Assembly (NCBI GenBank): GCA_963838915.1 | Contig: CAWIUZ010000300.1 | Location: 3,283 to 67,282 of the forward strand | Reading direction: 5' to 3' | DNA from: an uncultured Acidobacteriota bacterium | GTDB lineage: Bacteria; Acidobacteriota; Terriglobia; UBA7540 | DNA length: 64,000 bases | Shown here: positions 28,048-36,240 of the stretch, piece after piece | Layout of the letters: every line of letters starts with the position of its first letter | Position numbering within the stretch: position 1 is the first letter of the stretch | Notes under the pieces: model-generated | Database searches by the model: none | What the model was told of the DNA's origin: nothing | Seen by the model: the letters and a program-made list of their open reading frames with translations, nothing else | Translations under genes and position numbers: made by a program

Positions 28048-28881
28048 ATGCCGGAAACCAGCAAAGCCGTACGCGAGATTAACTTTCACATCACGCGCTA
28101 CAATCCTGAAAGCGACCCCGCGCCTTACGTGAAGACTTACACCATCCCTGTGCGCGAGGGCATGACGGTGCTGGACGGGTTGCACTACATCAAAGAGAAC
28201 CTGGACGCGACGCTGGCCTGGCGCTACTCTTGCCGCATGGGCGTGTGCGGCTCGTGCGGCATGCTGCTGAACGGCAAACCGACCCTGGCCTGCAACACGC
28301 AAATCCTGCACATCGCCACGACCGATCTCACCGTTGGCCCGCTGCCGAATTTCGACATCGTGCGCGACCTGGTCCCCGATCTGACGACGATGTTGGACAA
28401 GCACCGCGCGTTGAAGCCTTACGTGACGCGCGCGGACGAGGACGAGATCAACGATCCGGCAGGCGAGTTTTATCAGTCACCGGAGGAACTCGAAGCCTAC
28501 CTGCAATTCACCTACTGCATAAAATGCGGCTGCTGCATGGCCGCCTGCCCCACTCTCGCCACCGACGCGCGCTACTTGGGACCGATGCCCTTGGCGGCGG
28601 CGGAGCGTTACAACCGTGACACGCGCGACGACGGGCGGCGCGAGCGCAACCAACTCACAGGCGGTGCGGGCGGCGCGTTCCGCTGCCACTACGCCGGCGA
28701 GTGTTCCCGTGCCTGCCCCAAGGGCGTGGACCCGGCGAGAGCCATCCAACTTCTCAAGCGGCAACTCGTTCTGGATTATCTCCACTTGGCTCGCCGCAAG
28801 AAACCATGCCAGAAATTGCACGGTCCGGGTGAAAGCAAGCCGCTTCCCAGCATCCCCGCCGCGCCGGCCAGGACGGTTTGA
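28048..28881 (+). CDS. sdhB: Succinate dehydrogenase/fumarate reductase iron-sulfur subunit (operon 1)
   Basis: ATG at 28048 lies 2 nt after the sdhD1 stop. Cluster motifs are 'CRMGVCGSCGMLLNGKPTLAC' (2Fe-2S), 'CIKCGCCMAACP' and 'CHYAGECSRACPKG'. The longer ORF from 27631 overlaps sdhD1 and is rejected. Confidence 0.9.
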   Translation: MPETSKAVREINFHITRYNPESDPAPYVKTYTIPVREGMTVLDGLHYIKENLDATLAWRYSCRMGVCGSCGMLLNGKPTLACNTQILHIATTDLTVGPLPNFDIVRDLVPDLTTMLDKHRALKPYVTRADEDEINDPAGEFYQSPEELEAYLQFTYCIKCGCCMAACPTLATDARYLGPMPLAAAERYNRDTRDDGRRERNQLTGGAGGAFRCHYAGECSRACPKGVDPARAIQLLKRQLVLDYLHLARRKKPCQKLHGPGESKPLPSIPAAPARTV

Positions 28882-29023
28882 AGGAATTTCAGCGGATTGC
28901 CGCTTTCGCGGGAATGACCGCGACTCGTGGCGCCAATGTCGAGCCAGCGACGCCTGTCCCCCGTTGCGCGCGGGGCTGAAAAAGCGTCCCACGTGTGATA
29001 TCCTCAACGCATAGAGGGTGTGA

Positions 29024-29584
29024 ATGGCTACCAAGACCTTGCTTACCATCGATGATTATCTGGCGCTCGAAGAACCCGTGGGCGTGCGGTACGAATTAAG
29101 CGAGGGGGAACTCATCGTGACGCCGTCCGCTAATTACTTTCACAACGAAACCCGTGATGAATTGAACTCGCGCTTGAGATCATTTGTCAAAGCGCGCAAA
29201 CTGGGGGGCGTAACCAGCGAAACCGACGTGCAACTCGCGCACGATGTGGTCCGGCGTCCGGATGTGGCATTCATCAGCACTGGTCGCTTGCACGGAGTTG
29301 ATCTTCACAAAGTCCCATTACCGCTTTCCCCCGATCTCGTGATCGAAATCGTCTCCGAGAACGACCGCGCCGACGATTTGATCCTCAAGGTCAGGCAATA
29401 CCTCACTGCCGGAACCAAGGCCGTCTGGCTCTTCTACCCGAGCACGCACCTCGCTTACCGTTACATTCCCGGAAGGCTCGAGCCGGAAGTCCGGAGCGCC
29501 GATGCGGCGCATGCGTTTGAGGAACCCCAGATGCTGCCCGGATTGTCTATCCCACTGGCGGAGATCTTCACACAAGCCGAGTAG
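29024..29584 (+). CDS. Uma2-family (DUF820) endonuclease
   Basis: 'TIDDYLALEEPVGVRYELSEGELIVTPSANYFHNE...RRPDVAFI...SPDLVIEIVSENDRADDLILKVRQYLTAGTKAVWLF' is the PD-(D/E)xK Uma2 pattern. Confidence 0.85.
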   Translation: MATKTLLTIDDYLALEEPVGVRYELSEGELIVTPSANYFHNETRDELNSRLRSFVKARKLGGVTSETDVQLAHDVVRRPDVAFISTGRLHGVDLHKVPLPLSPDLVIEIVSENDRADDLILKVRQYLTAGTKAVWLFYPSTHLAYRYIPGRLEPEVRSADAAHAFEEPQMLPGLSIPLAEIFTQAE

Positions 29585-29680
29585 ATTTTAGAGGCAGCCG
29601 TTTGGGCTGCCCGCGGGCAACCACAAGGGTTGCCCCTACGTTTCTTTGTGCGACCCTGGACCCTCAATCCCATGAACCGA

Positions 29681-29749
29681 CCCCTCACCCGGCCCGCGAC
29701 GGCTGGTGAAAGCGCCGTCGCGGTCCACCCTCTCCCCTCGGGAGAGGGC
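29681..29749. repeat. REP-like family A copy
   Basis: 'cccctcacccggcccgcgacggctggtgaaagcgccgtcgcggtccaccctctcccctcgggagaggg'. Confidence 0.85.
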
Positions 29750-29762
29750 TGCTTCTTTTCTA

Positions 29763-29790
29763 CTGACTCCTGACTTCTGACTCCTATCAG
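29763..29790. repeat. Heptamer tandem array (4 units, CTGACTY)
   Basis: 'ctgactc ctgactt ctgactc ctatcag'. Confidence 0.75.
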
Positions 29791-29820
29791 TTTGAAATCC
29801 CACACGCTATTCCAGTAGAA

Positions 29821-30234
29821 TTGAGTTTTAGGGCTGATCCAACAGCGAAGCGGACAGACATGGTCAAATTTCGAGAATACCTTACCTATCGGGGAGGACC
29901 GGGGCACTGGTCCTGGATTCTGCACCGCGTGACCGGCGTGGGCGTGTTTCTATTCTTGCTGGTCCACATCGTAGACATCGCATTAGTGGGTTGGGGTCCG
30001 GCGATTTTCAACAAGCTGCTTTTCCTTTACCGTTATCCGCCCTTTCGGGTGGGTGAGATCGCCTTGGTGGGAGCGGTGCTCTATCATGCCCTGAACGGGG
30101 TGCGGATTTGCGTCGTTGATTTCTGGCCGGAAGCCACGGTGGTCCACCGCAAGCTTGTTTACGCGGTGGGGATCGTATTTGCCGTGGTCTTCATTCCCAC
30201 GGCGATCTACATGGCAAGCACCATAATGAAGTAG
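29821..30234 (+). CDS. sdhC: Succinate dehydrogenase cytochrome b subunit (operon 2)
   Basis: 137-aa ORF (TTG start; the alternative ATG at 29860 gives 'MVKFREY'). It reads 'HWSWILHRVTGVGVFLFLLVHIVD...AVLYHALNGVRICVVD'. Confidence 0.75.
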   Translation: MSFRADPTAKRTDMVKFREYLTYRGGPGHWSWILHRVTGVGVFLFLLVHIVDIALVGWGPAIFNKLLFLYRYPPFRVGEIALVGAVLYHALNGVRICVVDFWPEATVVHRKLVYAVGIVFAVVFIPTAIYMASTIMK

Positions 30235-30296
30235 GGGCACATTGGGATGCACCCCCTGCGCCCCCACGAAGAACGCAGAGGAGAAAGAAGAAGCCG

Positions 30297-30665
30297 ATGA
30301 ACGGAGCGAGCACACCAAGACCGGAAAGCGGGCTGGAACTTTACGCCTGGATGTTCATGCGGGTGTCGGGCGTGGTATTGCTCTTTCTGGCATTGGGGCA
30401 TCTGCTGATTATGCACCTTATCCACAACGTCGATAATATCGACTTTCAGTTTGTGGCGCGCCGCTACGCCACGCCGTTCTGGAGGACGTACGACCTGGTG
30501 ATGCTCTGGCTGGCTCTCATTCACGGGCTGAACGGCATTCGAACCCTGGTGGGAGACTACGTGCGAGCAAAGGGCTGGCAGGTTGCCACCCTGGCCTCGC
30601 TTTATGTTTTTGGGTTTGTTCTTTTGACTCTCGGGTCGCTGACGATTTTAACGTTTCGACCGTAA
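30297..30665 (+). CDS. sdhD: Succinate dehydrogenase hydrophobic membrane anchor subunit (operon 2)
   Basis: 122-aa TM protein 'LELYAWMFMRVSGVVLLFLALGHLLIMHL...LALIHGLNGIRTLVGDY'. Confidence 0.7.
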   Translation: MNGASTPRPESGLELYAWMFMRVSGVVLLFLALGHLLIMHLIHNVDNIDFQFVARRYATPFWRTYDLVMLWLALIHGLNGIRTLVGDYVRAKGWQVATLASLYVFGFVLLTLGSLTILTFRP

Positions 30666-30670
30666 GGAAG

Positions 30671-30733
30671 TTGAGAGTCGAGAGTCAAGAGTACTCCGGA
30701 CTCTCAACTCTCAACTCTCGACTCTGGACTGCT
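30671..30733. repeat. Inverted pair of heptamer arrays (GAGAGTC family) forming a hairpin
   Basis: Left arm 'ttgagag tcgagag tcaagag'. Right arm 'gactctc aactctc aactctc gactctg gactgct'. The pair fills the sdhD2-sdhA2 spacer and ends 1 nt before the sdhA2 ATG. Confidence 0.8.
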
Positions 30734-30734
30734 T

Positions 30735-32459
30735 ATGGCACAACGCTACGATGCGGTGATTGTGGGAGCTGGGGGCGCGGGCCTTATGGCGGCGCTGCAA
30801 CTCGCCGGGCACGGCCAGGTGGCGGTGTTGAGCAAGCTTTACCCCACGCGCTCGCACACGGGGACGGCCCAGGGTGGAATTGGGGCGGCGCTCGGCAACC
30901 TCGAAGAGGACCATTGGGAATGGCACATGTTCGACACGGTGAAGGGCGGCGACTACCTTGTCGACCAGGACGCGGCGGAAATATTGTGCCGCGAGGCAAT
31001 CGAGACCGTGTACGACCTCGAGCACTGGGGTTTGCCCTTTAGCCGTACTCCTGAGGGCAAGATCGCGCAACGGCCCTTCGGCGGGCACACTAGGGATTAC
31101 GGCAAGGCAGCCGTGCGCAGGTCGTGTTACGCGGCGGACCGCACCGGGCACATGATTTTGCAAACCTGCTACCAGCAGTGCATCAAGAACCAGGTGCATT
31201 TCTACGATGAGTATCACGTGCTGGACTTGCTGGTCGAACAGGAACGATGCGCCGGAGTTGTGGCGATGTGCCTGGCCACTGGAGAGATTCACACCTTCCA
31301 TGCCAAGGCCGTGCTTTTCGCAACCGGCGGATGCGGGAAAATGTTCCGCGTCACCTCGAACGCCCATTCGCTGACCGGCGACGGCATGGCGGTGGCCTAC
31401 CGGCGCGGGATTCCGCTCGAGGACATGGAATTCTTCCAGTTCCACCCGACTGGAATCTACAAGATGGGAATTCTGCTGAGCGAAGCGGCGCGTGGAGAAG
31501 GCGCCATTTTGCGTAACAAGACAGGTGAGCGCTTCATGGAGCGCTACGCTCCCACGCTCAAGGACCTTGCCCCGCGTGACATGACGTCGCGCGCCATCTA
31601 CCAGGAAATCCGCGAAGGGCGCGGCATCGATGGAAAGAACTACGTTCACCTCGATCTGACCCATCTCGGCAAAGATGTGCTGGATAAGAAGCTTCCGGAT
31701 ATTACCGAATTCGTGCGTACCTACTTGGGTATTGAACCGCTCAAGGACCTAGTGCCCATTCAGCCGACTGCACACTACGCCATGGGCGGAATACCCACGG
31801 ATGTAGAGGGGCGGGTGGTCATCGATGAGAAAAGCACGCCGCTGCCCGGCTTCTACGCGGCAGGCGAAGTGGCCTGCGTTTCCGTCCACGGCGCCAACCG
31901 CTTGGGGACGAATTCCCTGGTCGACATTCTGGTGTTCGGGCGGCGCGGCGGGCGGCACGCGGCGAAGTTCATCAAGGAGAATGACTGGGCGCCATTGCCT
32001 GCCAAGGCCGACGAGCCCGCGCGGGCGCTCGCGAGCGAACTGAAGAATTCTCGCGGCACGGAGCGCCCGGCCGATATCCGTGACGCGCTCCAGGACGAGA
32101 TGATGGATAAAGCCTCGGTCTTCCGCGATGCCAAGGGCTTGACGGCGATGCGCGAACGGCTGCGCGAGCTTCGCGCCCGCTACCGGCAAGCCAAGGTCGA
32201 GGACCAGAGCGCTTGCTACAACACCGAATTGCTGGAAGTGATCGAGTTGGGCGGCCTGTTGGACCTTGCTGAGGTCCTGGTGGAAAGCGCTTTGGTCCGC
32301 CAGGAGAGCCGCGGAGCGCACTTCCGCGAGGACTTTCCAAAGCGCGATGATCCGAACTGGCTGAAACATACCCTGGCGTATAAGGGCGAAAAGGGGATCG
32401 AGTTTCGGTATAAGCCGGTGACGATTACGAAGTTCGAACCGAAGGAGAGGAAGTACTGA
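30735..32459 (+). CDS. sdhA: Succinate dehydrogenase flavoprotein subunit (canonical, operon 2)
   Basis: 574 aa. Motifs are 'YDAVIVGAGGAGLMAALQ', 'RSHTGTAQGGIGAALGN', 'FHPTGIY', 'EAARGEGAILRN' and 'HGANRLGTNSL'. Confidence 0.95.
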   Translation: MAQRYDAVIVGAGGAGLMAALQLAGHGQVAVLSKLYPTRSHTGTAQGGIGAALGNLEEDHWEWHMFDTVKGGDYLVDQDAAEILCREAIETVYDLEHWGLPFSRTPEGKIAQRPFGGHTRDYGKAAVRRSCYAADRTGHMILQTCYQQCIKNQVHFYDEYHVLDLLVEQERCAGVVAMCLATGEIHTFHAKAVLFATGGCGKMFRVTSNAHSLTGDGMAVAYRRGIPLEDMEFFQFHPTGIYKMGILLSEAARGEGAILRNKTGERFMERYAPTLKDLAPRDMTSRAIYQEIREGRGIDGKNYVHLDLTHLGKDVLDKKLPDITEFVRTYLGIEPLKDLVPIQPTAHYAMGGIPTDVEGRVVIDEKSTPLPGFYAAGEVACVSVHGANRLGTNSLVDILVFGRRGGRHAAKFIKENDWAPLPAKADEPARALASELKNSRGTERPADIRDALQDEMMDKASVFRDAKGLTAMRERLRELRARYRQAKVEDQSACYNTELLEVIELGGLLDLAEVLVESALVRQESRGAHFREDFPKRDDPNWLKHTLAYKGEKGIEFRYKPVTITKFEPKERKY

Positions 32460-32464
32460 AGAAA

Positions 32465-32535
32465 TTGAGAGTCAAGAGTCGAAAGTCGACAGTCGGCGGG
32501 GTGAAGGTTAAAGGCTGAAGTGTAAAGGCCAAAGG
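32465..32535. repeat. Two consecutive heptamer arrays (5 units TCNAGAG-like, then 5 units NNNAAGG)
   Basis: 'ttgagag tcaagag tcgaaag tcgacag tcggcgg' then 'gtgaagg ttaaagg ctgaagt gtaaagg ccaaagg', directly after the sdhA2 stop. Confidence 0.75.
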
Positions 32536-32580
32536 GTGCGCGCACAGCGATGAATGCGAAAGCCCGCCTTTGAATACACA

Positions 32581-32650
32581 GCCCTCTCCTCAGGGGAGAG
32601 GGTGTCCTGCTGCCGGCGCTTTCATCCGCCGGAGCGGGACGGGTGAGGGG
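32581..32650. repeat. REP-like family A copy (reverse orientation)
   Basis: 'gccctctcctcaggggagagggtgtcctgctgccggcgctttcatccgccggagcgggacgggtgaggggg'. It accounts for the spurious N-terminal extension of ORF 32570. Confidence 0.85.
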
Positions 32651-32674
32651 GCGGCCCAATCAGGGGAGTTACTG

Positions 32675-33373
32675 ATGCAAGTTGTTTTGAAAATCAAGCG
32701 GTTCAATCCTGAGTCGGACAAAGAACCGTGGTGGGGTGAATATAAGGTGGAAGCCGAGGCTACTGACCGGCTTCTGGACGCCCTGAACCATGTCAAATGG
32801 TACCTTGACGGATCGCTCACCTACCGCCGCTCTTGCGCGCACGGCATCTGCGGCTCGGACGCCATGGTCATCAACGGATCGAATCGTCTGGCTTGCAAGG
32901 AGCTGCTGAGGAATCTGGGCGAGCATATCACGGTCGAACCGATGCGCGGCTTTCGTGTGATCAAAGACCTATTGGTAGACATGGACGCGTTCCTGGCCAA
33001 GTACCGGAGTGTGAAACCCTACTTCATCACCCACTCACCGGAACCTGAGAAGGAAAGATTGCAATCGCCGCAGGACCGGGAAAAGTTCGATGACACCACA
33101 AAGTGCATCCTCTGTGGCGCCTGCACCACGAGTTGCCCTTCGTTCTGGGCGAACCAGGATTACGTTGGCCCGGCGGCGATCGTCAATGCCCACCGCTTCA
33201 TCTTCGACAGCCGCGACGAAGGCGCGGCGGAGCGTATGGAAATCCTGGATTCCGTAGACGGAGTCTGGCGCTGCCGCACCGTCTTCAACTGTCTGGAGGC
33301 TTGCCCCCGCGGCATCAACGTGACGCGCGCCATCGGCGAAGTGAAGAAGGCGTTGTTGTATCGCAAACTATAA
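32675..33373 (+). CDS. sdhB: Succinate dehydrogenase iron-sulfur subunit (operon 2)
   Basis: Starts at 'MQVVLKIKRFNPESD'. Cluster motifs are 'CAHGICGSDAMVINGSNRLAC', 'CILCGACTTSCP' and 'CRTVFNCLEACPRG'. Confidence 0.93.
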   Translation: MQVVLKIKRFNPESDKEPWWGEYKVEAEATDRLLDALNHVKWYLDGSLTYRRSCAHGICGSDAMVINGSNRLACKELLRNLGEHITVEPMRGFRVIKDLLVDMDAFLAKYRSVKPYFITHSPEPEKERLQSPQDREKFDDTTKCILCGACTTSCPSFWANQDYVGPAAIVNAHRFIFDSRDEGAAERMEILDSVDGVWRCRTVFNCLEACPRGINVTRAIGEVKKALLYRKL

Positions 33374-33379
33374 GGCGGA

Positions 33380-33531
33380 GGAAACTGGAAATTGGAAAAT
33401 AGAAAATAGAAACTGGAAAATAACTACTGGGAAGTAGGCCCCAGTTTCCATTTTCCAGTTTCCACTTTCCATTTTCCAGTTTCTATTTTCCAGTTTCCCG
33501 TTTCTGATTTCTAATTTCTGCTTTCTGATTT
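33380..33531. repeat. Large inverted pair of heptamer arrays (6 units RGAAANT, 13 units CNNNTTT)
   Basis: 33380-33421 reads 'ggaaact ggaaatt ggaaaat agaaaat agaaact ggaaaat'. 33441-33531 reads 'ccagttt ccatttt ccagttt ccacttt ... ctgattt'. The arms are partly complementary and the array ends 3 nt before ATG 33535. Confidence 0.85.
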
Positions 33532-33534
33532 CCC

Positions 33535-34785
33535 ATGACCCGCCGTACGATGCTCACCACTGCTGGACAGTCTTTAGTTCTATGCGCCGCGCCGCTTGTG
33601 CCGGGGCCGACCGCCGGGAGTTCTCCGCAAACCGGCGAACAGAAACCCTACGACCTGCTGATCAAGGGCGGAAAGGTAATCGATCCTTCGCAAGGCCTGG
33701 AGGCGGAACTTGACGTCGCGGTGCGCGGCGGGAAGATAGCAAGAGTGGCGCCGGATATTCCCGAGGGGCAGGCAGGGCAAGTCATCCGCGCCCAGGGGAA
33801 GATCGTAACGCCGGGGATCATCGACATCCATACTCACGTTTTCCCCTACGTCGGCCCGTACGGCATCGAGCCGGACCCCTACTGCGTGCGAAGGGGCGTC
33901 ACATCCGTCATCGATGCAGGAACTTCCGGCGCCTTCACCTTTCCCGCCTTTCGGCGCTTTATCATTGAGCGCTCGGCGACTCGGATTCGCGCTCTCCTGC
34001 ACGTGGTCTCGATCGGCATGGTAGCGGGCGGCACGCCCAACATGGGAGAACTCGAAGACCTGCGCTATTGCGTCCCGAAACTTGCCGTCGAAACGGCGAA
34101 TCAGAATCGGGAGTCAATCGTGGGATTCAAGATTCGCTTCTCGGAGCACTATACCGGACCCAATGATCTCGAAGGCATGAGGCGCGCTCGCGCGGCCGCG
34201 GACGAAGCCGGCTTGCCCATCATGATCCACATTGGTGGATCGTACACGCCCCTCAAGGAGTTCCTCGCGCTCATGAAAAAGGGCGATGTGGTGACCCACT
34301 CTTTCAATAGTCACCCCCATGGTTTGCTGGACGCCGGCGGCAAGCTCACACCGGAAGTGGTCGAGGCCCGTGAGCGGGGAGTTCTGTTTGACGTGGGACA
34401 CGGCGCGGGGAGCTTCTCTTTCGAGGTTATGGAGAAATGCTTGGGACAGGGCTTTTCACCGGACACCATTTCCAGCGATTTGTACTCCGCGAACATCAAC
34501 GGGCCCGTTTACGACCAGTTAACAACCCTTTCCAAGTTTCTGGTCTTGGGAATGAGCCTGCACGACGTCATTGCGCGCACTACCGTAAATTCTGCACGGG
34601 TCTTCAACTTCGGCGCCGAAATCGGAACTCTCAAACCAGGCGCCGAGGCGGATGTCAGCGTGCTGGAGTTGAAAGACGGAGAGTTCACCTTCACCGACTC
34701 TGACGGCAAGACCCGCACGGGACGCCAGAAACTTGAAGCTGTCACGACCGTGAAGGGTGGAAAGGTTTTCGAGCCCACTGGATGA
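33535..34785 (+). CDS. Amidohydrolase/deacetylase-family metallohydrolase with Tat-like signal
   Basis: 416 aa. It reads 'MTRRTMLTTAGQSLVLCAA', 'DLLIKGGKVIDPSQG...GKIVTPGIIDIHTHVF' (HxH metal motif) and '..GLPIMIHIGG'. Confidence 0.85.
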   Translation: MTRRTMLTTAGQSLVLCAAPLVPGPTAGSSPQTGEQKPYDLLIKGGKVIDPSQGLEAELDVAVRGGKIARVAPDIPEGQAGQVIRAQGKIVTPGIIDIHTHVFPYVGPYGIEPDPYCVRRGVTSVIDAGTSGAFTFPAFRRFIIERSATRIRALLHVVSIGMVAGGTPNMGELEDLRYCVPKLAVETANQNRESIVGFKIRFSEHYTGPNDLEGMRRARAAADEAGLPIMIHIGGSYTPLKEFLALMKKGDVVTHSFNSHPHGLLDAGGKLTPEVVEARERGVLFDVGHGAGSFSFEVMEKCLGQGFSPDTISSDLYSANINGPVYDQLTTLSKFLVLGMSLHDVIARTTVNSARVFNFGAEIGTLKPGAEADVSVLELKDGEFTFTDSDGKTRTGRQKLEAVTTVKGGKVFEPTG

Positions 34786-34800
34786 ACGCGTCGTGGCTGT

Positions 34801-34865
34801 CGCAGAGCGAAGCTCTGCGGCTTCAGGGTTTGGAAATGCGCCAAAACGCAGAGCTTCGCTCTGCG
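34801..34865. repeat. Two copies of a 19-nt self-palindromic unit
   Basis: 'cgcagagcgaagctctgcg' (34801-34819) and 'cgcagagcttcgctctgcg' (34847-34865). They can form two hairpins or one cruciform, a likely terminator after the amidohydrolase. Confidence 0.75.
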
Positions 34866-34935
34866 CCAGCCGGCTAAACCGACTAACTCATTGTGGTAAA
34901 CTCTCCCTATAGAATGTGAGAGGAGGGTTAACTGT

Positions 34936-36240
34936 ATGATAACCCGCCTGCGTGCCGAAAATTTCAAGTCATGGAAGGATACGGGCGACCTTCGGCTGGG
35001 CCGCCTCACCGGACTCTTTGGAACCAACAGCTCGGGGAAGACAAGCATTCTCCAAATCTTGCCTTTGCTCAAGCAGACCGCCGAGTTTTCAGACCGCAAC
35101 AGGGTTCTTTACACTGGGACGGATGAATCGCCAGTAACCTTGGGAACGCTTCTGGACATCATCCATGGTCACCACGCGGCTGAGGCGGTAAAGCTGTGTT
35201 TGGCCTGGACTGATGAACAATCGGTGGTGGACCATCAGAAGACGCAGCTTGATCCATTGTACAGCCCCAACGGGATTTCATTCAGCACTTCGATCTTCTT
35301 GGGGAAGGAGGGGCCGACGGTAGATTCCTTTCAGTATGGAATTGGCGAGCTCGGCCAACAACGGTTCGGAATGCGCCGGATCCTAGGGGCGGAGGAGAAG
35401 TATCAAGTAACTCAACAACTCGGCCAGGAGGAGTCCGTCAGTTCTCCAGTAGGCGCACCTATCAAGTGCTACGGTTTCCCGCCCGACGCGTTACGAGAAT
35501 TCGAACGCGTCGCATACTTACCTGATCTTCAACTTGCCTTTGAAAACCTATTCCGAAAGGTACACTACCTCGGACCGCTTCGCTCGTACCCTTGGAGAGT
35601 CTATGAATGGGGGGGAGAGAAGCCGCTGGACGCAGGATGGGATGGAGAGCAGGCAATTCCAGCCCTGCTGGCTTCGAAAACAGTGACCCAGGTCGCGAAA
35701 TGGTTGAAACAGATGGGTCTGATCTACTCCTTCAGGTTGCAGCCCGTGGGTGAATCGCAAACAATCTACCAGTGCCACGTCAAAATAACACCGAGCGCAA
35801 CGGATGTGCTTCTTCCCGACGTCGGATTTGGCGTGTCTCAAATACTCCCCGTCCTAGCCAATTGCGCGACGCTCCCAGACGGCTCAACGCTTCTTCTTGA
35901 GCAGCCGGAGATACACCTGCATCCTTTCGCTCAAGCCGCTTTGGCGGACGTCCTGATTGATGCAATTACGAACCGGAACTTGCAGATCATTGTGGAGAGC
36001 CACAGTGAGCACCTCCTGCGGAGAATCCAGCGACGGATTGCGCGAGAAGCTCTCAAACCAGAGGACACCGCCCTCTATTTCTGCCACCTTGAAAATGGAA
36101 GCTCCGCAATCGAGAAACTCGACGTGGATGCATACGGGAATATCAGGAATTGGCCGGCGGATTTCTTTGGTGACGAAATAGGTGAACTTGCCGACATGAC
36201 GGTCGCCGCCATGGAACGGCAGAAGGCAGGCCGCCAATAG
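34936..36240 (+). CDS. AAA/ABC-type ATPase with DUF3696-like C-terminal tail (COG4938-like)
   Basis: SD GGAGGG lies 8 nt upstream. Motifs are Walker A 'GTNSSGKTS', 'LLLEQPEIHLHP' (Walker B/D-loop), 'VESHSEHLL' (H-loop) and the tail 'YGNIRNWPADFFGDE'. The family name is from memory and was not searched. Confidence 0.85.
   Translation: MITRLRAENFKSWKDTGDLRLGRLTGLFGTNSSGKTSILQILPLLKQTAEFSDRNRVLYTGTDESPVTLGTLLDIIHGHHAAEAVKLCLAWTDEQSVVDHQKTQLDPLYSPNGISFSTSIFLGKEGPTVDSFQYGIGELGQQRFGMRRILGAEEKYQVTQQLGQEESVSSPVGAPIKCYGFPPDALREFERVAYLPDLQLAFENLFRKVHYLGPLRSYPWRVYEWGGEKPLDAGWDGEQAIPALLASKTVTQVAKWLKQMGLIYSFRLQPVGESQTIYQCHVKITPSATDVLLPDVGFGVSQILPVLANCATLPDGSTLLLEQPEIHLHPFAQAALADVLIDAITNRNLQIIVESHSEHLLRRIQRRIAREALKPEDTALYFCHLENGSSAIEKLDVDAYGNIRNWPADFFGDEIGELADMTVAAMERQKAGRQ

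Noticed and set aside
30711-31664. 317-aa minus-strand ORF antisense to sdhA (operon 2); likewise 25252..26205 antisense to sdhA (operon 1)
   Set aside because: These are antisense artefacts within clearly identified flavoprotein genes.
32570-32674. Upstream extensions of several ORFs (32570, 44768, 50498, 60415, 63801, 19198, 37588, 12025)
   Set aside because: The extensions run through repeats or lack an SD, whereas internal starts align with the conserved protein N-termini. The shorter starts are used in the feature table.
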